Shown here: positions 12,860-21,408 of the stretch, in pieces
Position numbering within the stretch: position 1 is the first letter of the stretch
Layout of the letters: each line of letters begins with the position of its first letter
Program-made: the position numbers and the translations under genes
Notes under the pieces: generated by a model
Databases searched by the model: none
What the model was told of the DNA's origin: nothing
The model's input: the letters and a program-made list of their open reading frames with translations, nothing else
Virus record (IMG/VR): IMGVR_UViG_3300032314_000024
Location: 1-31,122 of that record
Reading direction: 5' to 3' (one strand)
Length of the DNA: 31,122 nt
From: a virus
Lineage: Duplodnaviria > Caudoviricetes

Positions 12860-15072
12860 CAGTACCCTCGAACGTCGCCAAAGTCTCCACTTAACAACAC
12901 TTTACCGAGCTGATAGTTGCCGTCCACCACGTTACTAATGAAACGCAACCTCAACTCCCGCCTCTGCTCCTTCATGTCAATCTTGCCAGTCGTAGGCCCA
13001 AAAACATACGGCTCTGACGTAGCATCATCAGACTGCGCGTAAGGCCTACCCGTAATGACTAGGCTCATGTTCCCGGTCTGCACAAAATCGGGCTCTACAC
13101 GCTCTAGACGCAGCCATTTGTTGTCTCCGGCTACCCCTGCCTGCCCTGGGGTTGGAGCCGGCGCTGCAGGACCTCCTGATACCCACCCAAGGTCGTTTGT
13201 CTCAAAGTAAGACTCAATCGCCGCCGCATTCTGACCAGTGACGTCGTTAACGCCATACTCATGCTGATAGACGCGAATCCGATTTAATGGCGAGCTAAAC
13301 GTCAGAGTCTGGGTGCCGGATCCAGTTGCAGCGTTTGACATCTGGATGCTCTGAACATAAACAGCACTAACCGGCACAGAGAAGCCAGCACCGCCAGGGA
13401 TGTTCGCAGACAACACAGCACCAATAGCGTATCCAGAGCCCCTGCTGACGATCGTTACAGAGGTGACGGCCCCCGTTCCATCCACCACTATGTCTGCCGT
13501 CGCGCCTATCCCGCCAACCCCTGTTAATGCAGTTGCATTGTATGTACCTGGTGTGTACCCTGAGCCGCCCGTTAATGCGCCGATCGTTTTTAGGCTATTC
13601 GCAACAACCGTAACCACCGTCGTGTTGGCGGCGATGTTGTTACCCGTAATAACCTGCAGCGGGTCTGCCAGAGTGCTTGCGAAGTCTGCATTTAGCCAGA
13701 CGCTACCGCTCACCGTCGTGTAGTCGCCCACAAAAACCTGCGTGCTAGGGATCGTGGTTGACTGCGCCATGATCGGGTAGGGGAAGACCATTGAGAAGTA
13801 GCCGGCGCTCCTGCGTGCCCCTAAAGCCTGCCCAGCGTCATACCATACCCCGGCTCGGACGTTATAGATAATCGCGTCGTTGCACTCGGTTGACGTACCG
13901 CGAGGATAGAACCACCAAATCTCACCATACCTCGGCACCTTGCAGGCCCAAACCTTCTGCCGCTGCGAGTAGTTAAGGTTGTCAAAGAAATAGTTCTGGT
14001 TAAAGTCGTTAGGGATCTCCTTCACCGTCCCGCCGTAGAGCATGAACCGGTCAACGCCGCACCAGAAATAGATCCCGTCGTACTCAATCACGGACTGGCT
14101 AGACATAATCGAAGTCTGCCCCGAGATCGTCTCATAGCGCCAATACTGAGCAGGAGTCCCCGTCCCGCCGATGTATGAGACCCGAATAAGGCTATCAAGA
14201 CTCCAAAACAGACCAGAAGGAGAGTTGCTACCGCCTCGAACCGCTAACCCAGCCACAATTTTCCCGGTGGCGACGTTAACCTCGTTTGAGTCCAGCCCCA
14301 CCCAGTTCGCAGGGTTGCCGGCAGAGCAGTTCTTTAGGAATCCGTTGTTCCCATAAACAAACAGGTAAGGATGCAGGGAGACGACGCCACCAGATACATC
14401 CACGTTATTATCAAAGGTGGCGGTGACGGTCCCCGATGGAATGACGTTGTTGAAGGTGATATTCGTAGTGTTAACGCCAACAACAATCGTATTCGGAGGA
14501 ATATTCGTGCCAGTTACCGTCTGACCAACACCAATCAACGGATTCGCCGTAGGAATTGTGGCGATTACCGTGTTGTTCCCCGTAAGAGAGTCGGTGAACA
14601 CGCCCACCTTAGACATCGTAGACCCGCTGATGTCTCCAATAAGAACCGGCGTATTCGTTGAGCTATCAATCGCGGCAAGATTCTGACCCGGATGAGCAAC
14701 GATGGAGCCCACGCCGTTACCGCCAACGTCATAAAACCCGTCAAACTGCCAGAGGTTATTGTCGCTAGCAGTGAAGTTGGACAGCGTGAAGTTCTGGATA
14801 CCCTGACCATTGCCGTTGTTGTCGATCACCAGTTCCTGCAGGCCACCGCTATAGCCCGAGAAAATCTGGTTGACGCCATTCGCAGCGTTAGTCCACATCC
14901 CTCGAGATGGACCCGTGAGCTGGTCAGAGAGCATCCGGTAGCCGCCGATCTTACGAGGCCTGCCACGCTGAAACCTTACCCAACGCCCGTCGTTATAGAA
15001 GTTCTTGTCAAACAGCGTACCGTCGCGTTGTACACCTGCCTGAGTATCTAGAGAAAAAACCTTCTTAGTCAT
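12859..15072 (-). CDS. Tail nozzle/DNA stabilisation protein (P22 gp10/tail tubular B-like) with inserted beta-rich domains
   Basis: 737 aa. N-terminal WVRF..GRPRKIGG motif, propeller-like strands, EIWWFYP...IIYN...WY and C-terminal RRELRLRFISN...YQLG. Positioned between the adaptor and the ejection genes. Confidence 0.7.
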   Translation of the reverse strand: MTKKVFSLDTQAGVQRDGTLFDKNFYNDGRWVRFQRGRPRKIGGYRMLSDQLTGPSRGMWTNAANGVNQIFSGYSGGLQELVIDNNGNGQGIQNFTLSNFTASDNNLWQFDGFYDVGGNGVGSIVAHPGQNLAAIDSSTNTPVLIGDISGSTMSKVGVFTDSLTGNNTVIATIPTANPLIGVGQTVTGTNIPPNTIVVGVNTTNITFNNVIPSGTVTATFDNNVDVSGGVVSLHPYLFVYGNNGFLKNCSAGNPANWVGLDSNEVNVATGKIVAGLAVRGGSNSPSGLFWSLDSLIRVSYIGGTGTPAQYWRYETISGQTSIMSSQSVIEYDGIYFWCGVDRFMLYGGTVKEIPNDFNQNYFFDNLNYSQRQKVWACKVPRYGEIWWFYPRGTSTECNDAIIYNVRAGVWYDAGQALGARRSAGYFSMVFPYPIMAQSTTIPSTQVFVGDYTTVSGSVWLNADFASTLADPLQVITGNNIAANTTVVTVVANSLKTIGALTGGSGYTPGTYNATALTGVGGIGATADIVVDGTGAVTSVTIVSRGSGYAIGAVLSANIPGGAGFSVPVSAVYVQSIQMSNAATGSGTQTLTFSSPLNRIRVYQHEYGVNDVTGQNAAAIESYFETNDLGWVSGGPAAPAPTPGQAGVAGDNKWLRLERVEPDFVQTGNMSLVITGRPYAQSDDATSEPYVFGPTTGKIDMKEQRRELRLRFISNVVDGNYQLGKVLLSGDFGDVRGY

Positions 15073-15073
15073 C

Positions 15074-16300
15074 TCAGAATACCCCGCCAGATACCCCGCC
15101 CGTGAATGTGCCGGTTCCGCTAATCGTCAGTCCGGTAGCGGTGAGGCCAAAACGCTTGACGCCGAGGATCGCCAGACCAACCTCCCCGGTCCCGACGTAA
15201 TACATCCCGGTCGAGGCCTCAGACAAGAAAGACAGAGAGGGAGAGCCAACCGATCCGCTCACCAGAGACACCGACGAGCCACCAACCGCGATCGTGGAGG
15301 CGTTAAACAGGTTCACCGAGTCACAGAGCAAGATCACCTGCTGGCTACCCGGCACCGAGACAGTCGCAGCACCCGCAGCACCCGTCGTAAAGGTGATCGA
15401 ACTGCTCGCCTGGTTGGTGATGTAATAAACCTGAATCGTTTGCGGCAGCACAACCGTAACCGGGCTCACGATCGTCCCGGTGTACTTCTGGATGACGTTG
15501 GCAGCCTCAGTAGCCGTCAGGGTATACGTCCCCGCAGATACGGCCTTCGTTAACTGAGTAAAGTTAAACTGGGTGCTTCTCCCCAGCCCAACGGTATAAA
15601 AAGCGGCCCCAGAGCAGCAAATCATGCACGAATCACTGGGAGCCAAAGAAATAGAAGCGGAGCCGTCAATCAACTGACCCGAGCTTGGTACAACGGCCAG
15701 GTTCCCGCTGCCACCGTTACGCACCAAGATAAACCAGTCGTTGCCAAGCGTAACGGCAGAGGTAAGCGTCAGAGTATCCGAGCCGCCCGTCCAGACAAAG
15801 GTATCCGCCCTGTCCGCAGCAACCGCCGTATACGCATTAGAGAACGTGTTGACCTGATGCGCGGTATTTAAGGTGGACGCGATCGCCTTTAGCCCGTACC
15901 CGGCAAGCGTAGCCGCATCAGCGTTAGAGGCACCCGCACCAAACGCAATCGAGCCCCACGTCCCGGCATCAGTAGCGTTCGTCGTGATGTAGATGTAACG
16001 AGCCTGACCAGCGGCGATCGTGGCAACCGCACCACCAGCATTGTCTAGGACGTTAAAGGAGTTGCTGCCGACGTTACGGATTAGGCTGTCTGAACCAACC
16101 GATGCCTGAGTAGCCGGTGGAAGCGTCAGATTAAGGCCCGCAGAAGACGCCGTAACGTCCATGATGCGAGCGACGACGTTGCCTGTAGCGTTACCATTAA
16201 CAGGCCACGCAAGCGTCGTGTTGGCCGTTAGAGAGACGCTGCGGTAAGAAACGTCGGTCGGCTGAATTACGTCGCCGGTGAAGGGGCTAATAAAGCTCAT
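15074..16300 (-). CDS. Putative tail fibre base/tail structural protein
   Basis: 408 aa, Thr/Ala/Ser/Gly-rich, with three similar beta modules (LTLP...IRNVG, LTLT...VRNGG, VVLP...ITNQ) and a C-terminal GSVGSPSLSF...TGMY fibre motif. Confidence 0.65.
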   Translation of the reverse strand: MSFISPFTGDVIQPTDVSYRSVSLTANTTLAWPVNGNATGNVVARIMDVTASSAGLNLTLPPATQASVGSDSLIRNVGSNSFNVLDNAGGAVATIAAGQARYIYITTNATDAGTWGSIAFGAGASNADAATLAGYGLKAIASTLNTAHQVNTFSNAYTAVAADRADTFVWTGGSDTLTLTSAVTLGNDWFILVRNGGSGNLAVVPSSGQLIDGSASISLAPSDSCMICCSGAAFYTVGLGRSTQFNFTQLTKAVSAGTYTLTATEAANVIQKYTGTIVSPVTVVLPQTIQVYYITNQASSSITFTTGAAGAATVSVPGSQQVILLCDSVNLFNASTIAVGGSSVSLVSGSVGSPSLSFLSEASTGMYYVGTGEVGLAILGVKRFGLTATGLTISGTGTFTGGVSGGVF

Positions 16301-16929
16301 TATGAATCCCTCACTACTGTCTGACGGTCACCAATTCGCGCCACGTCCTCGGTCTTGAGTGTGGCAATAATCTTGTCGTACTGCGCCTGCCAAAGCGGGG
16401 TGCGCTCGTCGTTCTTTAGGAATGGCATGGCTTGCAGTAGGCTGCCGTACAACATCGCCTGCGGAGCGTACTGCGTGAACCAGTTCGTTTGGTTATTGAT
16501 GTCAAGCGGCTGCGGTCTCTCGTAATACAGAACCTCGTAGTTATAGGCGAGGTCTGGCGTGGGGACCACAAACCAGTGCGTGTAGTCATAATCCGAGTAA
16601 AACACTGGGGTATCCGTCTGCAGCGGGTCAGGCCAGTAGTTGCGTAGATACTCGTACTTTCGCAGCAGGATCGGCTCCCGAACGCCGTTGCTGGTCAGGT
16701 TCATGGAGACGGTCTTGCGCCAGCGAGCGGGCTTTACGATCGTCGGCTCGTTGGGTGTCATCGTGCTGGTCGCCACCGTCAAGTTACCCAAGAACTGCAA
16801 CTCGGCCGCGATCACCTGCTCCGCCAGCATGATGAAGGTCGGGATCTTCTCAATCGTGGCCGTGTCGGTGCGCTCTAGGTAGGTAGAGATGTCATCAACC
16901 AGGCTCGAGTAGGTCATTACCGCTGCCAT
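16300..16929 (-). CDS. Putative head-tail adaptor (tail tubular A-like)
   Basis: 209 aa with MTYSSL..DI..YLER, IPTFIMLAE, VVPTPD..Y..EVLYY and NWFTQYAPQAMLYGSL motifs typical of podoviral adaptor proteins. Confidence 0.7.
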   Translation of the reverse strand: MAAVMTYSSLVDDISTYLERTDTATIEKIPTFIMLAEQVIAAELQFLGNLTVATSTMTPNEPTIVKPARWRKTVSMNLTSNGVREPILLRKYEYLRNYWPDPLQTDTPVFYSDYDYTHWFVVPTPDLAYNYEVLYYERPQPLDINNQTNWFTQYAPQAMLYGSLLQAMPFLKNDERTPLWQAQYDKIIATLKTEDVARIGDRQTVVRDS

Positions 16930-16938
16930 GATCTTTCC

Positions 16939-17376
16939 TTACTTTGCGGCTACGCCCTTAGTCTTCTCAAACGACCTCATGCCACCAAACCCAAGCAACC
17001 CGGCCAGTAGCGTCATGAGCTGCTCAACCTCTAGATTCGGTGGCGCGGCCAATCCCTTCGGTATCCAGTCTATTCCCTGCCCAAAGACCCAGCACCACTG
17101 CAGTAGCGGGTAGCCGATGAACTGATAAGCCAACCCCAGCACGCCAACCCAGCCAACAGCAGGACGCCATCCGCTCACGAATACGTTGGGGTTGTTCGCC
17201 TCAATCTTGTTAACTTCAACCTGAGCGAGGTCCGTCGCCTGCTCAATCCGCTTCTCTTCTAGGTCAAGCTCTCGGCCCTTTAGACCAATCTCAAGCCTCT
17301 CTCTATCTGTTGTCACAAGATCGCCAGCAACCTTGCCAACGCCCTCAATAATCGCGCCTATACCAAGCAAGTCCAT
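16939..17376 (-). CDS. Holin, 3TM (GTA-type) family
   Basis: FVSGWRPAVGW and LLGFGGMRSFEK signature motifs plus hydrophobic segments. TAATG-coupled to the endolysin. Confidence 0.88.
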   Translation of the reverse strand: MDLLGIGAIIEGVGKVAGDLVTTDRERLEIGLKGRELDLEEKRIEQATDLAQVEVNKIEANNPNVFVSGWRPAVGWVGVLGLAYQFIGYPLLQWCWVFGQGIDWIPKGLAAPPNLEVEQLMTLLAGLLGFGGMRSFEKTKGVAAK

Positions 17377-17888
17377 TACTTTAGGCCCCTCAGCGTTCTG
17401 TTGATCCAGCCAAGCAAAAATTTAGACTGGGCCTTGTTCTTATTGCAGATGTCGGCGTAGCGGGCGATCTTGGCTAACGCATAGGCCTTCTTGAACGAGT
17501 CCGCCTCAACAGAATTAAACTTCTCAACCGTCTTAGGTCCAACAGCGCCATCAGGGGTCACGCCAACAATTAACTGCGCCAGCTTTACCGCGACGTTGAT
17601 TCCGGTGTTGACGCCGAAGTTGAAGATTGACTCCGCGATAGGCTGGTTCGTAATCTCATCCCCTCGGATACGGTCCCAAAACTCAGCCTTATAAAACTTA
17701 CGCACCATCTCAGTAAGGAGAGGACCCTTTTCTTCGTGGTCAATAAGATTCCACCCCGGCCAGTTGGGGTTTTTATTTCTAGCAATTCCAGCATAGGTCA
17801 TCCCGCCCGTGTCACCGGGAACAGTGTGGAGGACGTAGCCCCCCTCGTCAACGATCATCTTCTCAAATGCAGCGTCAAAGTCGGCCAT
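17376..17888 (-). CDS. Endolysin, glycoside hydrolase family 108 with C-terminal peptidoglycan-binding region
   Basis: EGGY catalytic motif, D.GG.T..GI, FNFGVNTG, DGAVGPKT and FLLGWINR. GGAG-like RBS upstream. Confidence 0.92.
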   Translation of the reverse strand: MADFDAAFEKMIVDEGGYVLHTVPGDTGGMTYAGIARNKNPNWPGWNLIDHEEKGPLLTEMVRKFYKAEFWDRIRGDEITNQPIAESIFNFGVNTGINVAVKLAQLIVGVTPDGAVGPKTVEKFNSVEADSFKKAYALAKIARYADICNKNKAQSKFLLGWINRTLRGLK

Positions 17889-17903
17889 GATCTAGCCTCC
17901 TCT

Positions 17904-18128
17904 TTACTTGTCCGCCTTGCTCTCAAGACGATCAAAAATTTGATGGCAGATGGACTTCAGTTCGTCAATATCTCGGCGGTAGTCCTCTTTAATGACATAG
18001 GTCTTGGGCATATTCCGGACGTCTTGATCTAACCGGTCAAGCGTCTTGGAGATATTGTTCAAGATCCAGCCACCAAAGAAAGCGACCAGGCCAACGAGAA
18101 TGTTGAACCCCATCTGGATTTCATTCAT
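17904..18128 (-). CDS. Small single-TM membrane protein in the lysis cassette
   Basis: N-terminal TM (NILVGLVAFFGGWIL) plus a charged coiled tail. ATG 18128 lies 1 nt after the upstream stop, so it is preferred over TTG 18137. Confidence 0.75.
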   Translation of the reverse strand: MNEIQMGFNILVGLVAFFGGWILNNISKTLDRLDQDVRNMPKTYVIKEDYRRDIDELKSICHQIFDRLESKADK

Positions 18129-18129
18129 A

Positions 18130-18303
18130 TCAGTCAAAGCCTCGGAGGGTTTTAGCTAGTCGCGCGCGCTGCCCAATTTTACCAGAGGCGTGAGCTGCTT
18201 TATCTAGCTTCTTCATCGGGATCTTCTTACCCTCTTTGACGCCGAGTTCCTCTCGCAGTGCGCCAGGCTTCTTAATAGCCTCCTGAATCCATTTCTTGCT
18301 CAT
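18130..18303 (-). CDS. Small basic protein (57 aa), absent from the ORF track
   Basis: Hand translation: MSKKWIQEAIKKPGALREELGVKEGKKIPMKKLDKAAHASGKIGQRARLAKTLRGFD*. GGAG RBS 7 nt upstream. It exactly fills the gap between neighbouring genes. Confidence 0.85.
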   Translation of the reverse strand: MSKKWIQEAIKKPGALREELGVKEGKKIPMKKLDKAAHASGKIGQRARLAKTLRGFD

Positions 18304-18315
18304 GATGTAACTCCA

Positions 18316-19551
18316 TTATGGGATTGGCGTGGTGTCGTAACTTGGCGTCGCGGCGGTAGATGCGGAAGAAATGGTGGCGTCGGCCAAAGATGATGTCGTA
18401 AAGGAGAACGCGGGCGCCGTAAGGGTAAGGCTAAGGTTGCTTAACGTGCCGCTAAAATCTGCATAGGTGACCGTTGCCCCCCCGACAGAATATGTGCCGG
18501 TTAGAGACCCGTCCGTGGGCAAAGCAAGAATGAAAGAATAATTATTGCTGGAAGAGGTCGGAGCAGAAAGAGCATAAATCGTGTTTGTTGTAGGGTTGAC
18601 GGCGATTGACTTGATCTGTGAGGTAACGCCAATCGCTACGCTTTTCTGCCAAACTAAGTTTCCGTTGCTGTCAAGCTTGACAATAACTCCGTTGCTTGAA
18701 GTGCGCCCGCCAGCATAAACATTTGAATTGTTGTCTACTGCTACGCACAATGCACGGTTAGTGGTTGATAGCGTTTTTGCCCAAACAAACGCCCCTGTGC
18801 TTGCGTTTAACTTTACAACAACCAAAACCGCGCTTGTTGTGTAATTTCCAACAACATACAGGTCGTTGTTTGACTCTACGCAGGCAAGAGGCAAAAAGGT
18901 AGAATTAAATACTTTCCACAAAATGGAGAAGCTTGAGTTTATTTTTACCATTGGGGTAGTAACTGAAGCACCTAGATAAGCAGAATCGGAGGCGCCGCAC
19001 CCAATAAAACCGTGGGATACCTCTGCGGTATTGTTATAGTATCTTTTTGCGGTTACGGCGCCGTTGTATATTCTAAAGTAATGGGGGACAGCAGACCCGC
19101 CAGATGTTGAGATGGTTGTGTACCCCGAAGCGTATAAAGACCCACTGCTTGATACCGAGGCCTTGTCAAGATTTCCGGTGCTTGTGACAATATTTCTCGC
19201 CGACGCAACGGATCCATCACTGTTTATTACGGCATAAACCGGGTCTGTTCCACCAAAAGTATAGCCAGTGGCGTAAATGACCGCCGTTGACGCTGGTTTT
19301 ATCTTATAAGAATAAAAGGTCCCGCCGCCAATCGTGGCTGTTTTTTTCCATGTGGCACTGCCGTCCGGAAGGGTTTTAACGATAAGGCCGTTGTCGCCTA
19401 TGCTATAAATGCCGCTAGCGCCATCAAATGACGTATCATTTAAGAAGCCGCCAACCCTAGAGATCCAGTACCCTGCAGATATACTGGTACTTGTATAAAA
19501 ATCACCGAATCCTCGAGCAGAGGCGGCCCCGAGCGTGGCAAGTACCGGCAT
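18316..19551 (-). CDS. Beta-propeller-containing putative receptor-binding/fibre tip protein
   Basis: Repeated blades (VKTLPDGSATWKK, VKINSSFSILWK, VKLNASTGAFVWAK, VKLDSNGNLVWQK) and a short N-terminal peptide MPVLATLGAASARGFG. Confidence 0.75.
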   Translation of the reverse strand: MPVLATLGAASARGFGDFYTSTSISAGYWISRVGGFLNDTSFDGASGIYSIGDNGLIVKTLPDGSATWKKTATIGGGTFYSYKIKPASTAVIYATGYTFGGTDPVYAVINSDGSVASARNIVTSTGNLDKASVSSSGSLYASGYTTISTSGGSAVPHYFRIYNGAVTAKRYYNNTAEVSHGFIGCGASDSAYLGASVTTPMVKINSSFSILWKVFNSTFLPLACVESNNDLYVVGNYTTSAVLVVVKLNASTGAFVWAKTLSTTNRALCVAVDNNSNVYAGGRTSSNGVIVKLDSNGNLVWQKSVAIGVTSQIKSIAVNPTTNTIYALSAPTSSSNNYSFILALPTDGSLTGTYSVGGATVTYADFSGTLSNLSLTLTAPAFSFTTSSLADATISSASTAATPSYDTTPIP

Positions 19552-19553
19552 GA

Positions 19554-20984
19554 TTAGGCGAACTTCGTCTGTGAAGCCAGCACCGTATACGAGGACGGAC
19601 CGGTGCGGATGATGGTGTAGGTGTAGACGTCGATGCTGTTTGCGTTACCCGTCGTCGGAGCCGTACCTCCCTGCCACCTCAACGCAGCAGGAGCCGTACC
19701 GTCAATCGTCACGCCAGTGTTGTAGGCGTTGGTAACCGCGCCCGTCTGTACGAGGACAGCAACCGTAACCGACTGCCCCTGACTCATGAAGGAGCTTAGG
19801 GGGGTCCCGCTACTTGCACGGAAGTTAAGCGTCCATGTAGCAGTAGTCGCCGTGTTATAGAAGATCACCGACTGCGTGGAGACGTCAATGTTAAGGGCGC
19901 CAGATGCAGCAGAGCCGGTAACGGTGCAGGTCTCAAGGGCGTTGTTCAGCGCGAGTGATGCGACGCTGCTTGAGCCACTAAAGGTCTGGGTGGCCGTAAA
20001 GGTGCCTGCATTCGCAAACCTCGGGACGACTGTGGTGTCTATCGCCACACTGCCGGTGCTTGTAATGTCAGCAAACGACATTCCGGTTCCGGCAGAGACC
20101 GTCGTAACAGGATTAGCCCAGGCAAACGCGCTGCCGGTATATTTGAGGTAGCTAGCAACGGTTGGGGCGTCAATGAAGGTGGTCGTGCTGGCCGCGCTCT
20201 GATAAGGGATCTTGTTAGTGGCGCCACCAGAGAGATTAGCGACCGAGCTAACAGATCCTGGGCTTGTCCACGCGGGAAGTTGGGCCGAGGTTAGTGTCAG
20301 TACTTGTCCAGAACTACCTGCAGGAAGGAATGCCGTTGTGTTTGGCGCAGACTGATAAACGACAGCCCCAGCAGTGCCGCCAGAGAGGTTTGACGCCGAG
20401 GTTGCAGTACCCGCTGTGGCCCATGTAGGAACGCCGCCAGAGGACATTGTGAGGACGGTGCCGCTAGACCCTGCAGGAACGAAAGAAGTCGCCCCAGCGC
20501 CCGTTTGATAGGGGATGGAGCCTGATGCGCCGTTCGCTAGATTGGTCGCCGTGCTAGCGGTCCCAGTAAGCGATGCGGTAATCGTCCCGGCGGAAAAGTT
20601 ACCCGAGGAGTCCCGCTTAACGATCGCCGAGGCTGTGTTTAGGTTGGTCGGGGTTACCCATGTCGGGGCGCCTGCACCATTAGAACTCAATAGATCGCCC
20701 GTAGAGCCAATTGCAGTGAAGGCGTAGGTCGTGGCACCACCGTAAGCAATACCGCCCTGTGTGAGCGTCTGGATGCCCGTCCCGCCGGTGCTTACCGCAA
20801 TCGGATTGGTCGCGGCCGCCTTCGTTGCGATCGTCTGCAGGTTGCCGGAGCTGTCCTTATAGAAAAGCTTTCCGTCCGCAGTGTTAATGGCAAGCTCACC
20901 CGCCGCCAGGTTTGTAGTAGACGGCGTGGCTCCGGTGTTGGCACTGTAATAGAGCTGGATCGGGGTGAAGGTTGCCTGGGCCAT
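19554..20984 (-). CDS. Tail fibre protein
   Basis: N-terminal IQLYY...GELAINTADGKLFYK anchor-type motif, about four repeats of G.GQVLT...G..PTW / NL.GG..G.IPYQ, and a C-terminal W.GGTAP...IDVYTYT domain. Confidence 0.8.
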   Translation of the reverse strand: MAQATFTPIQLYYSANTGATPSTTNLAAGELAINTADGKLFYKDSSGNLQTIATKAAATNPIAVSTGGTGIQTLTQGGIAYGGATTYAFTAIGSTGDLLSSNGAGAPTWVTPTNLNTASAIVKRDSSGNFSAGTITASLTGTASTATNLANGASGSIPYQTGAGATSFVPAGSSGTVLTMSSGGVPTWATAGTATSASNLSGGTAGAVVYQSAPNTTAFLPAGSSGQVLTLTSAQLPAWTSPGSVSSVANLSGGATNKIPYQSAASTTTFIDAPTVASYLKYTGSAFAWANPVTTVSAGTGMSFADITSTGSVAIDTTVVPRFANAGTFTATQTFSGSSSVASLALNNALETCTVTGSAASGALNIDVSTQSVIFYNTATTATWTLNFRASSGTPLSSFMSQGQSVTVAVLVQTGAVTNAYNTGVTIDGTAPAALRWQGGTAPTTGNANSIDVYTYTIIRTGPSSYTVLASQTKFA

Positions 20985-20986
20985 GT

Positions 20987-21406
20987 TTACACCACCGGCC
21001 AGACGATGTTAAAGGGATCAGCCTGAGTTGTGATGTCCCGCAGTGCCTGGCGGTATGTTGCCCACTTTGTTTTGTCAACCGGAGCGTCAGCAAGTTGAGT
21101 CCAGTCGCTGTCTTTCAACGCCTGATTTCTCCCGCTACGGACCGCCTGCCACTGAGTATCGACACGCGATTGGAGTTCTTCAGCGGTCAACGGCTCTACG
21201 TCAACGATGCAGCACATACCGTCAACCAGATGCGGCGCGGCTGGTACTAGCTTCTGGGTTGCGTGGTCGTAGGGTTTCCATGCCGAGATGATGTAGTAGC
21301 CCTCGGACTTGATCCACTCCACAGACGGGCCACGCTCACCGAAGGAGGTGTTGGGGAACCACTCGGTGTGGTCTTTGATGATGAGGTCTTGGTTAGCGAT
21401 TTGCAT
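20987..21406 (-). CDS. Tail fibre assembly chaperone
   Basis: C-terminal RNQALKDSDWTQLADAP...WATYRQALRDIT.Q..P..IVWP signature of phage tail assembly chaperones. Confidence 0.88.
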   Translation of the reverse strand: MQIANQDLIIKDHTEWFPNTSFGERGPSVEWIKSEGYYIISAWKPYDHATQKLVPAAPHLVDGMCCIVDVEPLTAEELQSRVDTQWQAVRSGRNQALKDSDWTQLADAPVDKTKWATYRQALRDITTQADPFNIVWPVV

Positions 21407-21408
21407 GG

